From NCBI RefSeq assembly GCF_036365525.1, contig NC_090417.1, forward strand, positions 14,881,748-14,945,747: 64,000 bases of DNA, read 5' to 3'. Made by a program: the position numbers and the translations under genes. Below are positions 37,998 to 50,933 of the stretch, piece by piece. The notes beneath the pieces are model-generated. The model had not been told where the DNA came from. It saw nothing but the letters and a program-made list of their open reading frames with translations, and did no database searches. Source of the stretch: Heterodontus francisci (lineage: Eukaryota). Each line of letters opens with the position of its first letter. The first letter of the stretch is position 1.

Positions 37998-38690
37998 CTG
38001 CAGTGGTTTTGTTATTGGACTTGTAATCCAGAGACCTGTACTAATGCTTCGGAAACATGAGTTCAAATCCCACAACGGCAGCTTGTGGAATTTAAATTCA
38101 ATTAATTAATAAATGTGGGAAAAAAATGCCAATCTCAGTAATGGTGATAATGAGACTACCGTTATATACCGATCTGTTTCACCAACGACATTCAGGGAAG
38201 GAAATCTGCCATGCTTACCCGGTCTAGCTTACGTGACTCCAGATCCACGCAATGGGTTTGATGCTTAACTGCCCTCGGAGATGGCCTGGCAAGCCACTCA
38301 TTTGTATTCAACTGCTACAGAAGTCAAATAAGAATAAAACCAGATAGACCACCGGCATCAGCCTACGCACTAGAAATAACCAAGTCACATCCTGCCCAGT
38401 TAGCCCTCACAAACATCTGGGGGCTTGTGCTAAAATTGGGAGAGCTGTCTCTCATATTAATCGAGCAACAGCCTGACATAGTCAGACTCATGCAATCATA
38501 CCTTCCAGCCAATATCCCAGTCCCCTCCATCACTATCCCTGTCCTGTGTCACCGGAGGTGGCGGCACAGTGGTATGTAGTCAGGAGGGAGTGGTCCTGGG
38601 AGTCCTCAACATTGACTCCGGACCTCATGAAGTCTCATGGTGTCAGGTCAAACATGGGCAAGGAAACCTTCTGCTGATTACCACCTACCA
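37998..38690 (+). mobile_element. Older 5' portion of the tRNA-headed LINE family
   Basis: Degenerate head (GAGTTCAAATCCC B box), the same body as 20280-20480, then EN start AACATCTGGGGGCTTGTG through CTGATTACCACCTACC. Confidence 0.85.
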
Positions 38691-39040
38691 TTACAGAGAC
38701 TAAGCTTCCATTCCCTTGCGTTTAGAAGGTTGAGGGATGATCTAATCAAGGTGTTTAAAATGATAATAGGATTTGATACGGTTGATACAGAATAATTAGT
38801 TGGGGAATCTAGAACAAAAGATCATCTTGAGTTTCGAGCTGGGACATTTTGGAGTGAAATGAGGAAGCATGTTTTCACACATAGGGTAACGATCAACTGG
38901 AAATTTCTGAGATTGAGATTGATTGATTGATTTTAGTTAGGTAGGTGCATCAAGGAATGTGGAACAAAGTTGGGTAAATGGAGTTGAGGTGTAGATGAAC
39001 CGATTCGAGGGTCTCAATGGCTTCCTCCTATTCCTGTGAC
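38690..39040 (+). mobile_element. Old CR1 3' fragment
   Basis: GATGATCTAATCAAGGTGTTTAAAATG and a CR1 3' UTR. Confidence 0.65.
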
Positions 39041-40009
39041 TGGATGGTCCAGTGGGTTAGACATCAACCTTTCATCACTGGAATGGGTGCCCAAACCCAG
39101 CCCTGACGGAACGGCTCCTTTGCCTGTCGGCCCCAAGGGTTGTGTGTGAAATGATATCGGACAGTCTCAATCCGAGTTGGCACGTGCACAAATTTGGCAA
39201 TCTAAATCAGATAGGCATGCAGGGTTAGGAAGTGGAACAATTTAAATTTTACAGCGTGATTGTGCTTCTGAGGCACATTGTGAAGATTCCACTGCATGCT
39301 TTGTGTAACAAACTCGTAAAGCTGTTGATAAAGAACATGAGGATTCTGGTTGTTTTTATCTCATGACTGTTGGCTATTGCGTTGCAACAGTGGCTGTGCT
39401 TCAAAAGTACCTCATTGACTGTGAAGGGCTTTGAGTTGGCTTGAGGTCTTCAAAGGGACTATATTCTTAAGACAAAATGGAGAGACTTGTCCACCACAGC
39501 TGACAGCAGCATTCGGTGACAATTTTCAGCGAAGATTGTGCTCCAGAACTGATACCTTAATGAGTCCGCAGTGCACGCCAATAAAAATTAAACATTGTTT
39601 ATTTGGTTTAAAAATGATTAACAAGAAGCACTGGACTAATTTTAATTCCTTTTTTAATACATGACCATTGCACGTGCCACATACTCCACTTCCTGTTTCT
39701 CTCATCAGCAACACCAACAAACGGGTACAAAAATATTTTCTTCGCATTGAAAATATCTAACAGCAATTGTCAATTCAAGATAAGAAAGGACAATACACGA
39801 ATTCATATCATTACTCCATCTAGCACTTATTAACATGAAAATATGTAAGGTATAAATTGATGTATTGCACAGCTGGAGCTGAGCAGCACTCGTGGAATCC
39901 GAGTAACCAGCAATTCAGAATTCTTCAAAGATCTGAAGGTGGACTAAGAATCAACAAATATAAGGGAGCACTTTCAATGTAACCCGTCCGACAGGAAATG
40001 AACGTGCGT

Positions 40010-40292
40010 TTTTCTTTTACACCCTGTCTGCACTCCTCCAATTCTGGACTCTTGCTCAACCCCCAATCTCCAGCACTTCATCATTGGCCGCCATGCTTCA
40101 GCTGCCTGGACCCGAAGCTCTGTAATTCCCACCTGAAACCTCTCCACCCCTCTTTCCTCCTTGAATCCATTTCTTAAAACCTACCTCATTGACCAATCTT
40201 TTGGTCACCTGTCTGAACATCTCAAGTGGTTCAATTTTCTTTGACAGGCACCTTTTCTAGTTGCAGGCACTATATAAATGCAAATTGTTGTT
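40010..40292 (+). mobile_element. L2-like LINE 3' end
   Basis: Same family as 37350; ends CTATATAAATGCAAATTGTTGTT. Confidence 0.6.
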
Positions 40293-43200
40293 ATTTCCCA
40301 TTGAAGTCAATGGAGAGCAATGTTGAACAGAATGTAAATCCAGCAATCCACATGATCCTGGGGTTTTCTCACACCAAGAGTTTGGTTAAAATTACGCCTC
40401 AAAGACTTTTCGCTTCAGAATTTTCATACTCACAAATAAGGGTTTTGCGCCTGTGAAGTCTCTCATCTCTCAACTAAAAGTATATACAGAAGCCCTTGCC
40501 TAGTTTTTGGGCCTCCAATTGGAAGGTACTAATGATATTCTGTCCCCAGGGTTGGGGAGGCAGGTTCTAAGAATATATATTGTTACATTTTCTCCCCTGA
40601 AGGCACTTGCTGTCGCTGAGGTTACAGCTCAACAGCCCCACGTTTGAGGGACTTCTCTGCCGTTGTCAACATTGACTGTGAGTGCGGACTATTTGACTGT
40701 GGAGGCCATCATTGCTGTACACAGGTCTGTCCTCATCAGATGACCTACTGCACATAATACATACACTTTGCTTTCGGACCACACCCAGGCAGTAACATAA
40801 CCCGCGGGGACCAGGTAGAGTTTTGATGTTGTGGAAACACATATTGCTTTCGTTTCTCCTTTTTTTTAAAAAAACACGGACAGATTTTTGAACTCTAGGA
40901 AGTCAAGGGCTTTGGGGAACAGGCAGGAAAGTGGAGTTGAGGCCGAGATCAGATCATCCATGATCGTATTGAATGGGGCAGCAGGAGCGAGGGGCTGTAA
41001 GTCCGACTCCAGCTCCCAGTTCTTACGTCTTATCATTTTTTGCAGAGCTGCGAGGGGAGAAATGTCTTCACCCAGCAGATGAAGATAGGGAGAAACAGTT
41101 CTGCACTCAGCTCGAGTCACGCAGTCTAATCACTGAAAAATATCAAGGTCTTGTCAAAAGCTGGCACATCTTTTTATCAGGACACTACAATTAGATGCTC
41201 AGAAGCAAACGGGGTTGTGAGGGCACAGTTTTTGAGTCGGAACGGTCAGCGACAAGCAAATGTATTTTTTCCCCCCAGGACAATGTCAGCAAATGTTAGC
41301 TCACAGCAGTTGCTGACACCCAGTGGAGGAACATCATTCCAACAGGGCAGATTACCTTTTAAAACACCCGGCCAAAATCTCCCCTCAGCCCAGAGCAAGA
41401 GGTTTGGCAAGAAGGTGTTCAGACTTGCAATTGCACCGCGCCAAAGGAGGCCATTCCACCCATCATGCCTGTGCTGGCCCGTCGTCCCGCAAATGTTACC
41501 TTCTCCAGTTTCTATCCAATTCCCTTTGGAAAGGTCCGATTAAAATCTGCTTCCACTCGCCCTTCAGGCGGCGGATTCCAGATCACAACAACTCGCTTTG
41601 TTTGATCATCTGCTTCTTCCTTCTGCTGATGGACTGTTCAATCCCAACAGTATGAACTATTTGGGAGGAATGGCCTGTTTCTGCACTGCATATCCTCTGT
41701 AATTCCCATTGGTAATTCCCCAGTTGGAATTCCGCCCATCACCAGACTGCTCACAACCTGACCGAACCTTTCCAAAGCGTGCACTTAGTGTTGAGGTGTT
41801 TCTGTTGCTTGTTTAGTCCACCTTAACTGTTGCAGCATTCTGCTACCAAACAGGGGAGCACTGCAAACAAATAAATAAAAACAATATTTTGTGGTTCCCT
41901 TTTCACTTTCACTCTCCGAAAAGTCAGAAAGCAATTCTTCACACAAACGGCAGGAGAAATTTGGAACTCCCTCCCCTTCAAAGCTGTTGAGGCTGATGGT
42001 CAATTGAAAGTGTCAAAACTGAGATGGATGGGTTTTTGTGAAGCAAAGATGTAAAGGCTTATGGAAGCAAGGTGGACAGCTCGAGTTAAGATCCAGTTCG
42101 GCCATCATCTAATTGAATGGTGGAACAGTCATTGAGGGGCTGAATGGCCCACTCCTGTTCTGTTCCCAATGTGTCTGTTATATCATAATGCACAGTTTTG
42201 TGGTGACAAATGCAAGAACAATTCAAGATGGATTGTTATTTGAGTGCTCAGCATAAACAGCAGGGAAAGTAACTGCTCCAGTCGTTTTGTGTGACCAAAA
42301 TTATAAAAAGCTTTTGGAGGTTATTTTAACCTAACCCGCCAGGCAGAAACCTTCAGGATTGGATAAATCACCGAGTATCACTTTCTGCTGATTTCAAAGG
42401 ACAGTGAAATCGGGTGTGGTGTAAAACCAGCGTTGCAGCCGAGCCTGTCAGTTTTAGATGGGTGGGTTAATTTAATATTGCACCCATTTCAAATGCACTT
42501 ACAATGCCAGCAAATATAGCAAGCCAAGCTCCGATCTCTATATTTGCTCTTGTGTGTTGCGTTGGAAGCTGTGGCATGTACTGCATGTTTTGATATCTGT
42601 TAGAGTGAGAAATGTCATCCTGTCTGTGTTTTTGCACCTTGCATTTTCCAAAGAAGGTTGCAAGTCCAGAATTATGCATTAAAGGGTTAAGCTGGAAGTT
42701 CAAAGGATCAGACAGGGCCCTGACAAGTTGCTAAAAGCAAACCATTCTCCAGAAAACACAGATAATGTGAATGTATTGCAGCCGAACAATCTTGGACGAC
42801 TTACAATACTGATCTCTGGATCAGAAAGACTTGTTAGAGATGGCCCACGCTGACAAATCCTGGGTAGCTGCAAACAGCACTTCTGCACCTCAAGTCCCAC
42901 TTCCTGATTCCTTTGACATTCTGTCCAAAGTCATAATTTTACCTTGTCCACCATAATCACCTTTTAGACCTTTTCAGTCTCCTCTCTTTGTCCTGTTCAC
43001 ATTCCATTTCGGAGCTGTCCTTTCTTGTCTTTTGTCTTTCTAATGCCTTTTTCTTTGTAGCCTGATCTTTACAAGTCTTCCAACAGTTTCTTCTTCAAAT
43101 GTGTTGCAGGCTCTTAATGCCATTAGCTGCCTCATTCCAAGAGTAGTTAGTACCTTTTTCCTTTGTACCCTACCTTCCCTTTCAGTTCACTCAACCCTAG

Positions 43201-43737
43201 AAATGGGCTGTCCTGCATGATAAAATCTTACAGAATAGAAAAAGGCCATTCAAACCATCATGAAACAGCTGTCCTATTCAACCCAAATCCCCTGCTGTTC
43301 CCCCATCGCCCTGCAAATTTTTCCTTTTCAAATTATTTAACCAATTCCCATATGAAAGTCACCATTGAACCTGCTTCCACCACCCTTTCAGGCAGTGCTT
43401 TCCAGATCATAACTCACTGCATAAGAAAATTCTCCGAATTTCCCCTCTTGTTCTTGTGCCATCAGTCAGTGTCCTCTGGTTACCAATCCATTACTATTTT
43501 GATGAAAGGGTCTACATGCAAACCTGAAGCCAGGCGGCTATTCGTTCAAAATACTCCTCGTTTCCAGAATTTTCTGTTCCTTGATTGTTTCACTGACTGT
43601 TCCCAGGCCCAAATACACTCCGCCCAAAGAGGAAAGAACAGCAGTGGACAGGAGAGCTGTCAATAAGGCAAACAATTTGACCAGTAATCCACCTCCATCA
43701 CATAACTGCAGGATTTTAGTTTGCAACTCAGTGATCA

Positions 43738-43740
43738 GCG

Positions 43741-43782
<42 letters not shown>
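43738..43782. repeat. (CA)n microsatellite
   Basis: Perfect CA run preceded by GCGCACG. Confidence 0.95.
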
Positions 43783-43783
<1 letters not shown>

Positions 43784-45701
43784 TGCACTGAACACAATAA
43801 TAAATCAGATGCGTATCCTGCACAGTAATCTTATTACAACACTTCCCATTGAATTTCCACAGTTCCTGTGGAGTTCCCAATTCAATCACAGTTCTGATCA
43901 AGGCATAGGCTTTTATTTTCAGCAAACCAGTTTTCAAGATGTACTTTGACTTGCCACGACACACAACAAATGCTCCACTACTCAAACAGCACAGGCCCTG
44001 GCAACTTGTAAACCACAAATTGACACATTCCACAACACATTTTACAAGCTTCTATCTCTTTAAGGTAGAGAGTAGTTTTAAACAACGTTTACACAAGAAT
44101 TCCAATGTATTTACACAAGGAGCTCTACAGTCAAGAGAGAAAACTTATGAAATGACAACACTTAAAAAATACTTTCACATTCATTTTACCCTTCAACTCA
44201 ACCACTTTCCATCAAGACCTTCCTATTTCCTTAAAAAAATGTTAAATTCACAACAGGCAACAAACAAATTAAAATATTTGATTCCCCTTCAAAAGACTGC
44301 ACAACTTCAGATTTCTACAATGAATAAAAAGTTGAATGGACTGAGCATTCCATCTGAAGGCTTCATAATGCAGAAACTCTGCAGCAGCCATTTGGTGCTT
44401 TCCTAAATCCCAAAGCTCAGATGGGAAAATTACAGTATAGTCACCACCGAGGTTTGTTGGACTTCTGGTCTTGCACCACTATTTCACGAGATACCAGAGG
44501 CACTTTAACTTGCAGCTGATTGTCGCCACATCCAAGTGACACCTAACTGTGCCTGGTTGTGAAGCAACTGCCCCTAAAGAGGTGCTTCACTGTGTGACTC
44601 AAACTGTGCTTCTTTAAACTTGCCTTGTTTTGGATCAATCCATTAAAAAGACCCACATTGTTGCATTCGAACTTTAGGGAGAGTCTAAGTACTTCCCAGA
44701 AGCTCCTAGCACCAATGCATCACCCACAGTGCAACCACATGGTCCCTGGGCATGCACAGGGGACAATCAAATAGCTCATGGGCGCATCATGCTGGGCTAA
44801 GGCCAACTGTTCCTTTGTTTGCAAGCTCGTGTATATGCTGACCGAAGCTTCAAGTTTAAAACTCTCCAGCCCTCTAAACTACGGTTTCATGATTTTTCCC
44901 ATCACATGCTGGAGGAATTGAAGATGGGAAAAAGAAAATCAACTTCTCCCAGATTCTTTTCCGATTCCCAATTGACCTTACCTGCAGAATATCCGTAATA
45001 CAGGAGCAAAATTTAAATGCGTGCGACTGCATAATAGTTACATGAAAAATATCTGCGGGTGCCTTTTGTGTCGTGGATATGACCCTGGATTCAGTCTCCT
45101 CCAGGGTTGTTCTGTTCTGTGATTTTAGTGCAGTTTTCAGTCAAAACACAGCTATAGGAAAACTGCAATTTGTTCATTTTAGTCAAATATCACAATTTGA
45201 AAAAGCACCTGCAAAAACGTTGCATGTGCTAACATTGAAAATCTCCTCAGTGCTAAGTCAACTAATCAAACTCACATAACATACTGACATTTGGGCAAAA
45301 AAAGTATTTTGTTTTGAAATTTCCATTAAATGAAACCCTGATTTATTTATTTTTTAACAATAGGGATTAACTGTAGGTATGAACAATATGGACCATGTGA
45401 TCTGTGCCTAAATATGGATCCGACAATATACCAGTTTTTAGTAGACCTGGCTCAGCCGTAACAGGATCCATGCAAGGAGCATCATGCTTTCCAGAACTGA
45501 CCCACTTTACAAGACAACCCCATCAGCAAGGAGGTTTAAAGAAAGTCACTAGTTAATGCTTCACGGCCTAACATCTCCCACCTGTTTGCCACAGATCTAA
45601 TCGGATCAATATGACAGAGGGTTCAGTGTTGCCAAACTTGCCCAAGTCTGCCCAGCCAATAGTCTCAGGGGTATGTCAGAAACTCGGGTTTAGTAATGCC
45701 T

Positions 45702-45704
<3 letters not shown>

Positions 45705-45766
<62 letters not shown>
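45705..45766. repeat. (GT)n microsatellite with GCGCGC tail in the RHOBTB2 3' UTR
   Basis: Perfect GT run about 200 nt after the stop codon. Confidence 0.95.
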
Positions 45767-45770
<4 letters not shown>

Positions 45771-45958
45771 CAGAGACAGAAGTTGGCACTGATCATCATG
45801 GGCATTGCCATGATTTAGCCACTCCGCATTGCTCTGGCTCACTCGTTGTTAAAACCTGGTAAGGGTTTGGCCGATTGGGACAAACGCCTTCAAATTGTTG
45901 TGCGCTGGATTTTAACGGTTAGTTTACAAAAAAAGGTCCTTCGATCCAAGCCACGTTT

Positions 45959-46152
45959 TCAAACTACAGTGGAGGAGGACGAGGCTGCAGACGGCGAGCT
46001 TGAATTCCAGAAAAACCACTTGCGCTTCAGCTGGCGTTTCTGGCACAAGTAATCCTCTTTATCACGTTCCTTCCTGGCTCGCTGGTAATGATCATCTTCT
46101 TTCAGGAACCAGACTGGAGGCCAGCGGTGCTTTTCAAAATAGTCCTGGTTTT
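45959..46152 (-). CDS. RHOBTB2: RHOBTB2 last coding exon
   Basis: TTTCAG|AA acceptor; (E)[66 protein letters not shown]. The Ser-rich tail ending in VV is RHOBTB2-like rather than RHOBTB1-like. Confidence 0.92.
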
Positions 46153-46294
46153 CTGAAAGGACATGGTAACAAAAGCATGAATGAAATGTTGGGCTCTTAC
46201 TCATTTCACATTGCATTAAAATGTCTTTCACAATGAGTAGATCCAGCGTGTCTGTATTGGCCAATGTAGCCTTTAACAGCCCCCTCCAGTTTAA

Positions 46295-46520
46295 GAAAGA
46301 ACTTTGATTTTTATGCTGTCTTTCATGACCTCAGGATGTCACAACCGATAAATACTTTTGAAGGGTAGTATCTCTTGTTGGAATCGTGACGGCCAATTAG
46401 CGCACAGCAAGATCCCACAAACAGAAGCATGACAATGACAATCTGTTTTAATGATGTTGATTGAGGGATAAATATTGGCCAGGATCCAGGGTGGGATTTG
46501 AACCCACAATTTTATGTCTC
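46295..46520 (-). mobile_element. Deu-type SINE 3' part
   Basis: Reverse complement of the shared tail (CAGCAAGATCCCACAAACAG, TTGAGGGATAAATATTGGCC). Confidence 0.65.
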
Positions 46521-46879
46521 AGAAGCAAGAGTTCTTTCTTACGAAGTGATATAATAGTCAGTGGGGGTGTGTCTGCTGGTGGCAATTCTCCTCTACAACT
46601 TGCCCAATAGAAAAATGGCAACCCTGGTGGGGAAGTCGGAGCTTCTCTTAATTCATTCAAAATGAAAACATACCTGATGGTGGCAATGCACCCTCTCTTT
46701 TTTTTTTTGCACTGCTTGAGTACAAAGACCAAAAGAAATGTGGAAACGATTATGCTGTTTGGGCACCAAAACCATTCTGCAAAGACTAAATATTATCTAT
46801 ATTTTCTTTTTTGATGCCATTCTCTCTGCTGCCTTCCATTCTTCGTCTTGCCTTCCACACATTCTTCCTAAACTTGTTT

Positions 46880-47560
46880 TTATTCCTGCCTCCAATATTG
46901 CTTTCTATGAAATCTCTGTGTTCCTCCTAGTCTGATCTCTTGTGCATCCTCGACTTTCATTGTTCCACCATTGGAGTCCACGCCTTCAAATGGCTGTGCC
47001 CTAAGTTCTGGAATTCACTCCATAAACCTCTCCAACTCTCCAGCTCTCTTCCACTTTAAGACACCCCCTAAATCTACCTCTTTGGCCAAGCTTTTGGTCA
47101 CCTGTTCCAATATCTCCTTACATGGCTCAGTGCCAATTTTGTTTGATAACGCTCCTGTGAAATGCTTTGGGATATTTTTTTATTTTTTATTTAGAGATAC
47201 AGCACTGAAACAGGCCCTTCAGCCCACCGACTCTGTGCTGACCATCAACCACCCATTTATACTTATCCTACCTTCATCCCATATTCCCTACCACATCCCC
47301 ACAATTCTCCTACCACCTGCCGACAATAGGGTCAATTTACAATGGCCAATTTACCTATCAACCTGCAAGTCTTTGGCTGTGGGAGGAAACTGGAGCACCC
47401 GGAGAAAACCCACGCGGTCACAGGGAGAACTTGCAAACTCCGCACAGGCAGTACCCAGAATCAAACCTGGGTCGCTGGAGCAGTGAGGCTGCGGTCCTAG
47501 CCACTGTGCCGCACGCTATCTTTACTATGTTACAGCTGCTATATAAATTGAGTTATTGTT
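46880..47560 (+). mobile_element. L2-like 3' end interrupted by an HE1/V-type SINE (minus, about 47173-47512)
   Basis: The L2-like tail breaks at GCTTTGGGATATTT and resumes TTTACTATGTTACAGCTGCTATATAAAT after the SINE. Confidence 0.75.
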
Positions 47561-47849
47561 GTAGCCTGCTTTTTATATTTCTCTTTCTCACGCATCTTGT
47601 GTCTTTCCCTCTTCTTGTGTGTCTCTCCTCCCTCTGCTGACCCTTCGACTGCATTCCAGCCAGAGATGAACAGCGAACACTGTATCATGATGGTCTCCTA
47701 CATAATATCTGCACCAGGGAACTCATGATTCTGCTTACTGGCTGCAAGCAATTTATCACTTCAGTTGCAATTTCAAAATTAATAATGAACCAAACTGCAA
47801 TTCCTTGACATTCACTGCCATATTCACTTTCAGTGAATTCGGGCCTTAG

Positions 47850-48885
47850 AAAGTTTAATTTTGAAGACAGGTTGTATAGACTATCCGTTCATTCCCTTGA
47901 GCACAGAAGATTGAAGGATGATCTAATCAAGGTGTTTGAAATTTAAAAAGGATTCTATAGATAGATGCAGAGAAACTGGTTTCTCTGTTGCTGGGGGAAT
48001 CAAGAAGGGGACAGAACATTAAAATTACAGCTCGGCTATTTAGGAGGGAAATCAGGATGCACTTTCTCATGCGTAAGTTAGGAGAAATCTGGAAATCTCC
48101 ACCCCCTTCATGCCCCACTTCCCGCCCCGAGAAAAGCTGTGGATGCTGGAGGACTACTGGAGCTTTCAAATCTGACATCGGTTTTCTTTTGTCAGGTGAG
48201 GGTATCAAGAGAAATGGAGTGAAAATGAAGTTGAGGTACAGATCAGTCATGATGGAATAGTGGAGCAGGCTGAATGCCTTAATACAGTTCCCATGTTCCA
48301 TTGGAAATCTCCTCTGGACAAGCGTGCTGTTATCATCAACAATACCAAACAATAGCAGAAGGCCACACTATGCCTTTAAAGTTACAGAGCACCTGTTATT
48401 ACTGTTGGATCCCAAATGCTCTTCCCGAATGTTGTGTTAGTGCCTTCCAGCAGCAGGGTGGAGGAGTTTGAAAGGAAGCTTCCTACACCCATTAACAATA
48501 TTGTCCGACGACAGACTGACATCCCATGTATGTATGGGTGATATTCTGAATAAGGTATATGTCGAGAAGATGTTTCCAGCTGTGGGGAAATCCAAAACTC
48601 GGGACCATAAATATAAGATCTAATCAGGAATTCAGGAAAAATGTCTTTACCCAGAGAGTGGTTCGAAGTGGAACTTGCTACCATACAGCATGGTTGAGGT
48701 GAAGAGCATAGGTGCATTTAAAGGGATGCTAGATCAATAGATGAAGGAAGAAAAGGAATAGGATATGTTGCTAGTGTGAGATGAATAAGGTGGGAGGAGG
48801 AGAGTGTGGAACATTAACACTGGCATGTAGTTGTTGGTCTTAATAGCTGGTTTCTGTGCTGGGAAGTTTGTTGTAATTCTCTGTA
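47850..48885 (+). mobile_element. Two old CR1 3' fragments (about 47850-48300 and 48530-48885)
   Basis: Degenerate CR1 ORF2 end and 3' UTR. Confidence 0.6.
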
Positions 48886-49439
48886 TTGGTGGAAAGACAC
48901 CACTCTTGCTCACTGCCCTCATTCTCAACATCAAACTCTCCAACACCTCCAAAGTTTGCATCTGACAACTGGATGATAGCCAACAGAACTCATGTCTGCA
49001 AAGAAACATCGCTCCAATAAGGGCCTTCAAAGTGGGCGAAGCTCCCATATCCAAGTCACCATTGCCAACCTGAGGTTATCTTTCAGGTCTGAAATATGGA
49101 AATAATTCTGAACCGAATGCCTTGGAATCTTCTCCACCAATCAGTCCAAATTCCAAGACAATGACATTTCCTGGGAGTTAAATAGGGAAACATTCTCAGC
49201 CATTTTATCATGAACATCATTATTTCTGTCTGAATAACACTTGCTGGAAATCAACACTTTACATGATGTATATTCTTGAGCTCCAAGAATCAAGAAGCCT
49301 GTACTGCCTGGCAGCAATACAGTAGGTTTACAAAATGTGAGTGGAAGAATAAGTGGCAGGATTGATTTCTTTCAAAGATCATCTAATATTAGTCAAATGG
49401 TGCAAACTCGAACCTCAAACAGTTTATCTGCACGGTGTT

Positions 49440-49835
49440 GACTGTGGCTCAGGGGGTTCAAGACCCAGCACAGAGTTTTGAGCATGAAACCTAGGTTGAT
49501 ATTCCAGTGCAGTACTGAGCGGGTGCTGCACATTCTTTCGGATGAGGCGTTAAACCAAAGCCTTCTCAGGTGGATGTTAAAGATCCCATTCTCTATTTTG
49601 AAGAAGAGCAGGGTAGTTCTCCCTGGTGTCCTGGTCAATATTTATCCCTCAATCAAGATCATTGAAAACAGATCATCTGCTCATTATCACATTGTTGTTT
49701 GTGGGGCCTTATCTTTTGATGTGCGCAAATTAGCTGCTGTGTTTCCTTCATTAAAACAGTGACTATTGGCTGTGAAGTGCTTTGGGATATTCTGAGGTTG
49801 TGAAAGGTGCTGCAAAAATGCAAATCTTTCTTCTT
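49440..49835 (+). mobile_element. Deu-type SINE
   Basis: TTTCGGATGAGGCGTTAAACC...GGTGGATGTTAAAGATCCC core. Confidence 0.75.
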
Positions 49836-50827
49836 GCCCATCAATTTTCAGAATCCCACGGTAACTATTTATAAAGATGGACAAGAAGAGTCTCAGTGAA
49901 TCATTGAAATCAGCTTCTCTCCTAGTTTAATGTCAAAGGACCAATGTGGCTCAGCTCCAAAGTTTGTGCAGTGCCAAAGGAGGACTGGAATCAAACAGCT
50001 GCACCACAGCCAGATGCAAACAACTGCTACTTTCCCCTCTCCAACAATGAACAGTCAACAATTTACGTTCAAATCATTTAGTAACGTTAGATGTCGGGCC
50101 AAGAACCAGACATCAGGCAACCTTCACCATGAAAGAAAAAGTCGACATTGCTCCACAAGTGGAAAATAAACACCAGTTAGAAAATCATCGACTCATTCGG
50201 CACAGGAGGCTGCCATTTGGCCCATCGTACCCCTGCCAGCTCTCAGAATGAGCTCCAGTTAGTGCCACTTCCCTGCTCTTGCCCCATAGCCCTGCAAAAG
50301 TTTCACTTTGAAATAGAGATCCAATTCATTTTTGAAAGTTACTGTCGAATCCGCTTCCAACAACCTTTCAGATCACAACAACTCGCTGCAGAAAGAAAAT
50401 TCTCATTTCCTCCTGCTCAGTCGTTTTTGGCTGATTATTTCCAATCTGGTTACTGAACCTGCTGTCAATGAAAGTTCTGTTTTGAATGAAGTTTATGGAG
50501 AGTGTGACATGCAGGATTGTTGGAAATTGTCTTCCTCCTGTTTAATCCTCCCAATAACCCGAGCTGACACCATACTGTACCCCTGTCCCTTACGCTTATC
50601 GGAAACCACACAATGTGATGTCTGTAACTGCCTGAGAGTCTAAGGATGAATAAAATAAAAGCAGTCAATTGACAACCTGACTTGCATGTGAAGTATCAAG
50701 GAATACTAACAAAGTAAGGTGTTAAGTGAACCCTGTTGCATCTGTTGGCTATTATAATGATTAAGAATGGAATTGTAAGGCAGACCACATGGGTGTTGCT
50801 GAATGAGAAGGGGTATCGGAATCCTAC

Positions 50828-50933
50828 CAGGAGACTTTGCCTTCATTTCCCTGGGAAACTTGCGACATACGTTGTTGTAGTTTGTACAGATGTGATGCAG
50901 GCACCATTCAGACAGTTGATGGGCACAGTGGAA
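50828..50933 (-). CDS. RHOBTB2: RHOBTB2 penultimate coding exon
   Basis: GCAG|TTC acceptor and G|GTAGGA donor; [35 protein letters not shown]. Confidence 0.92.
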
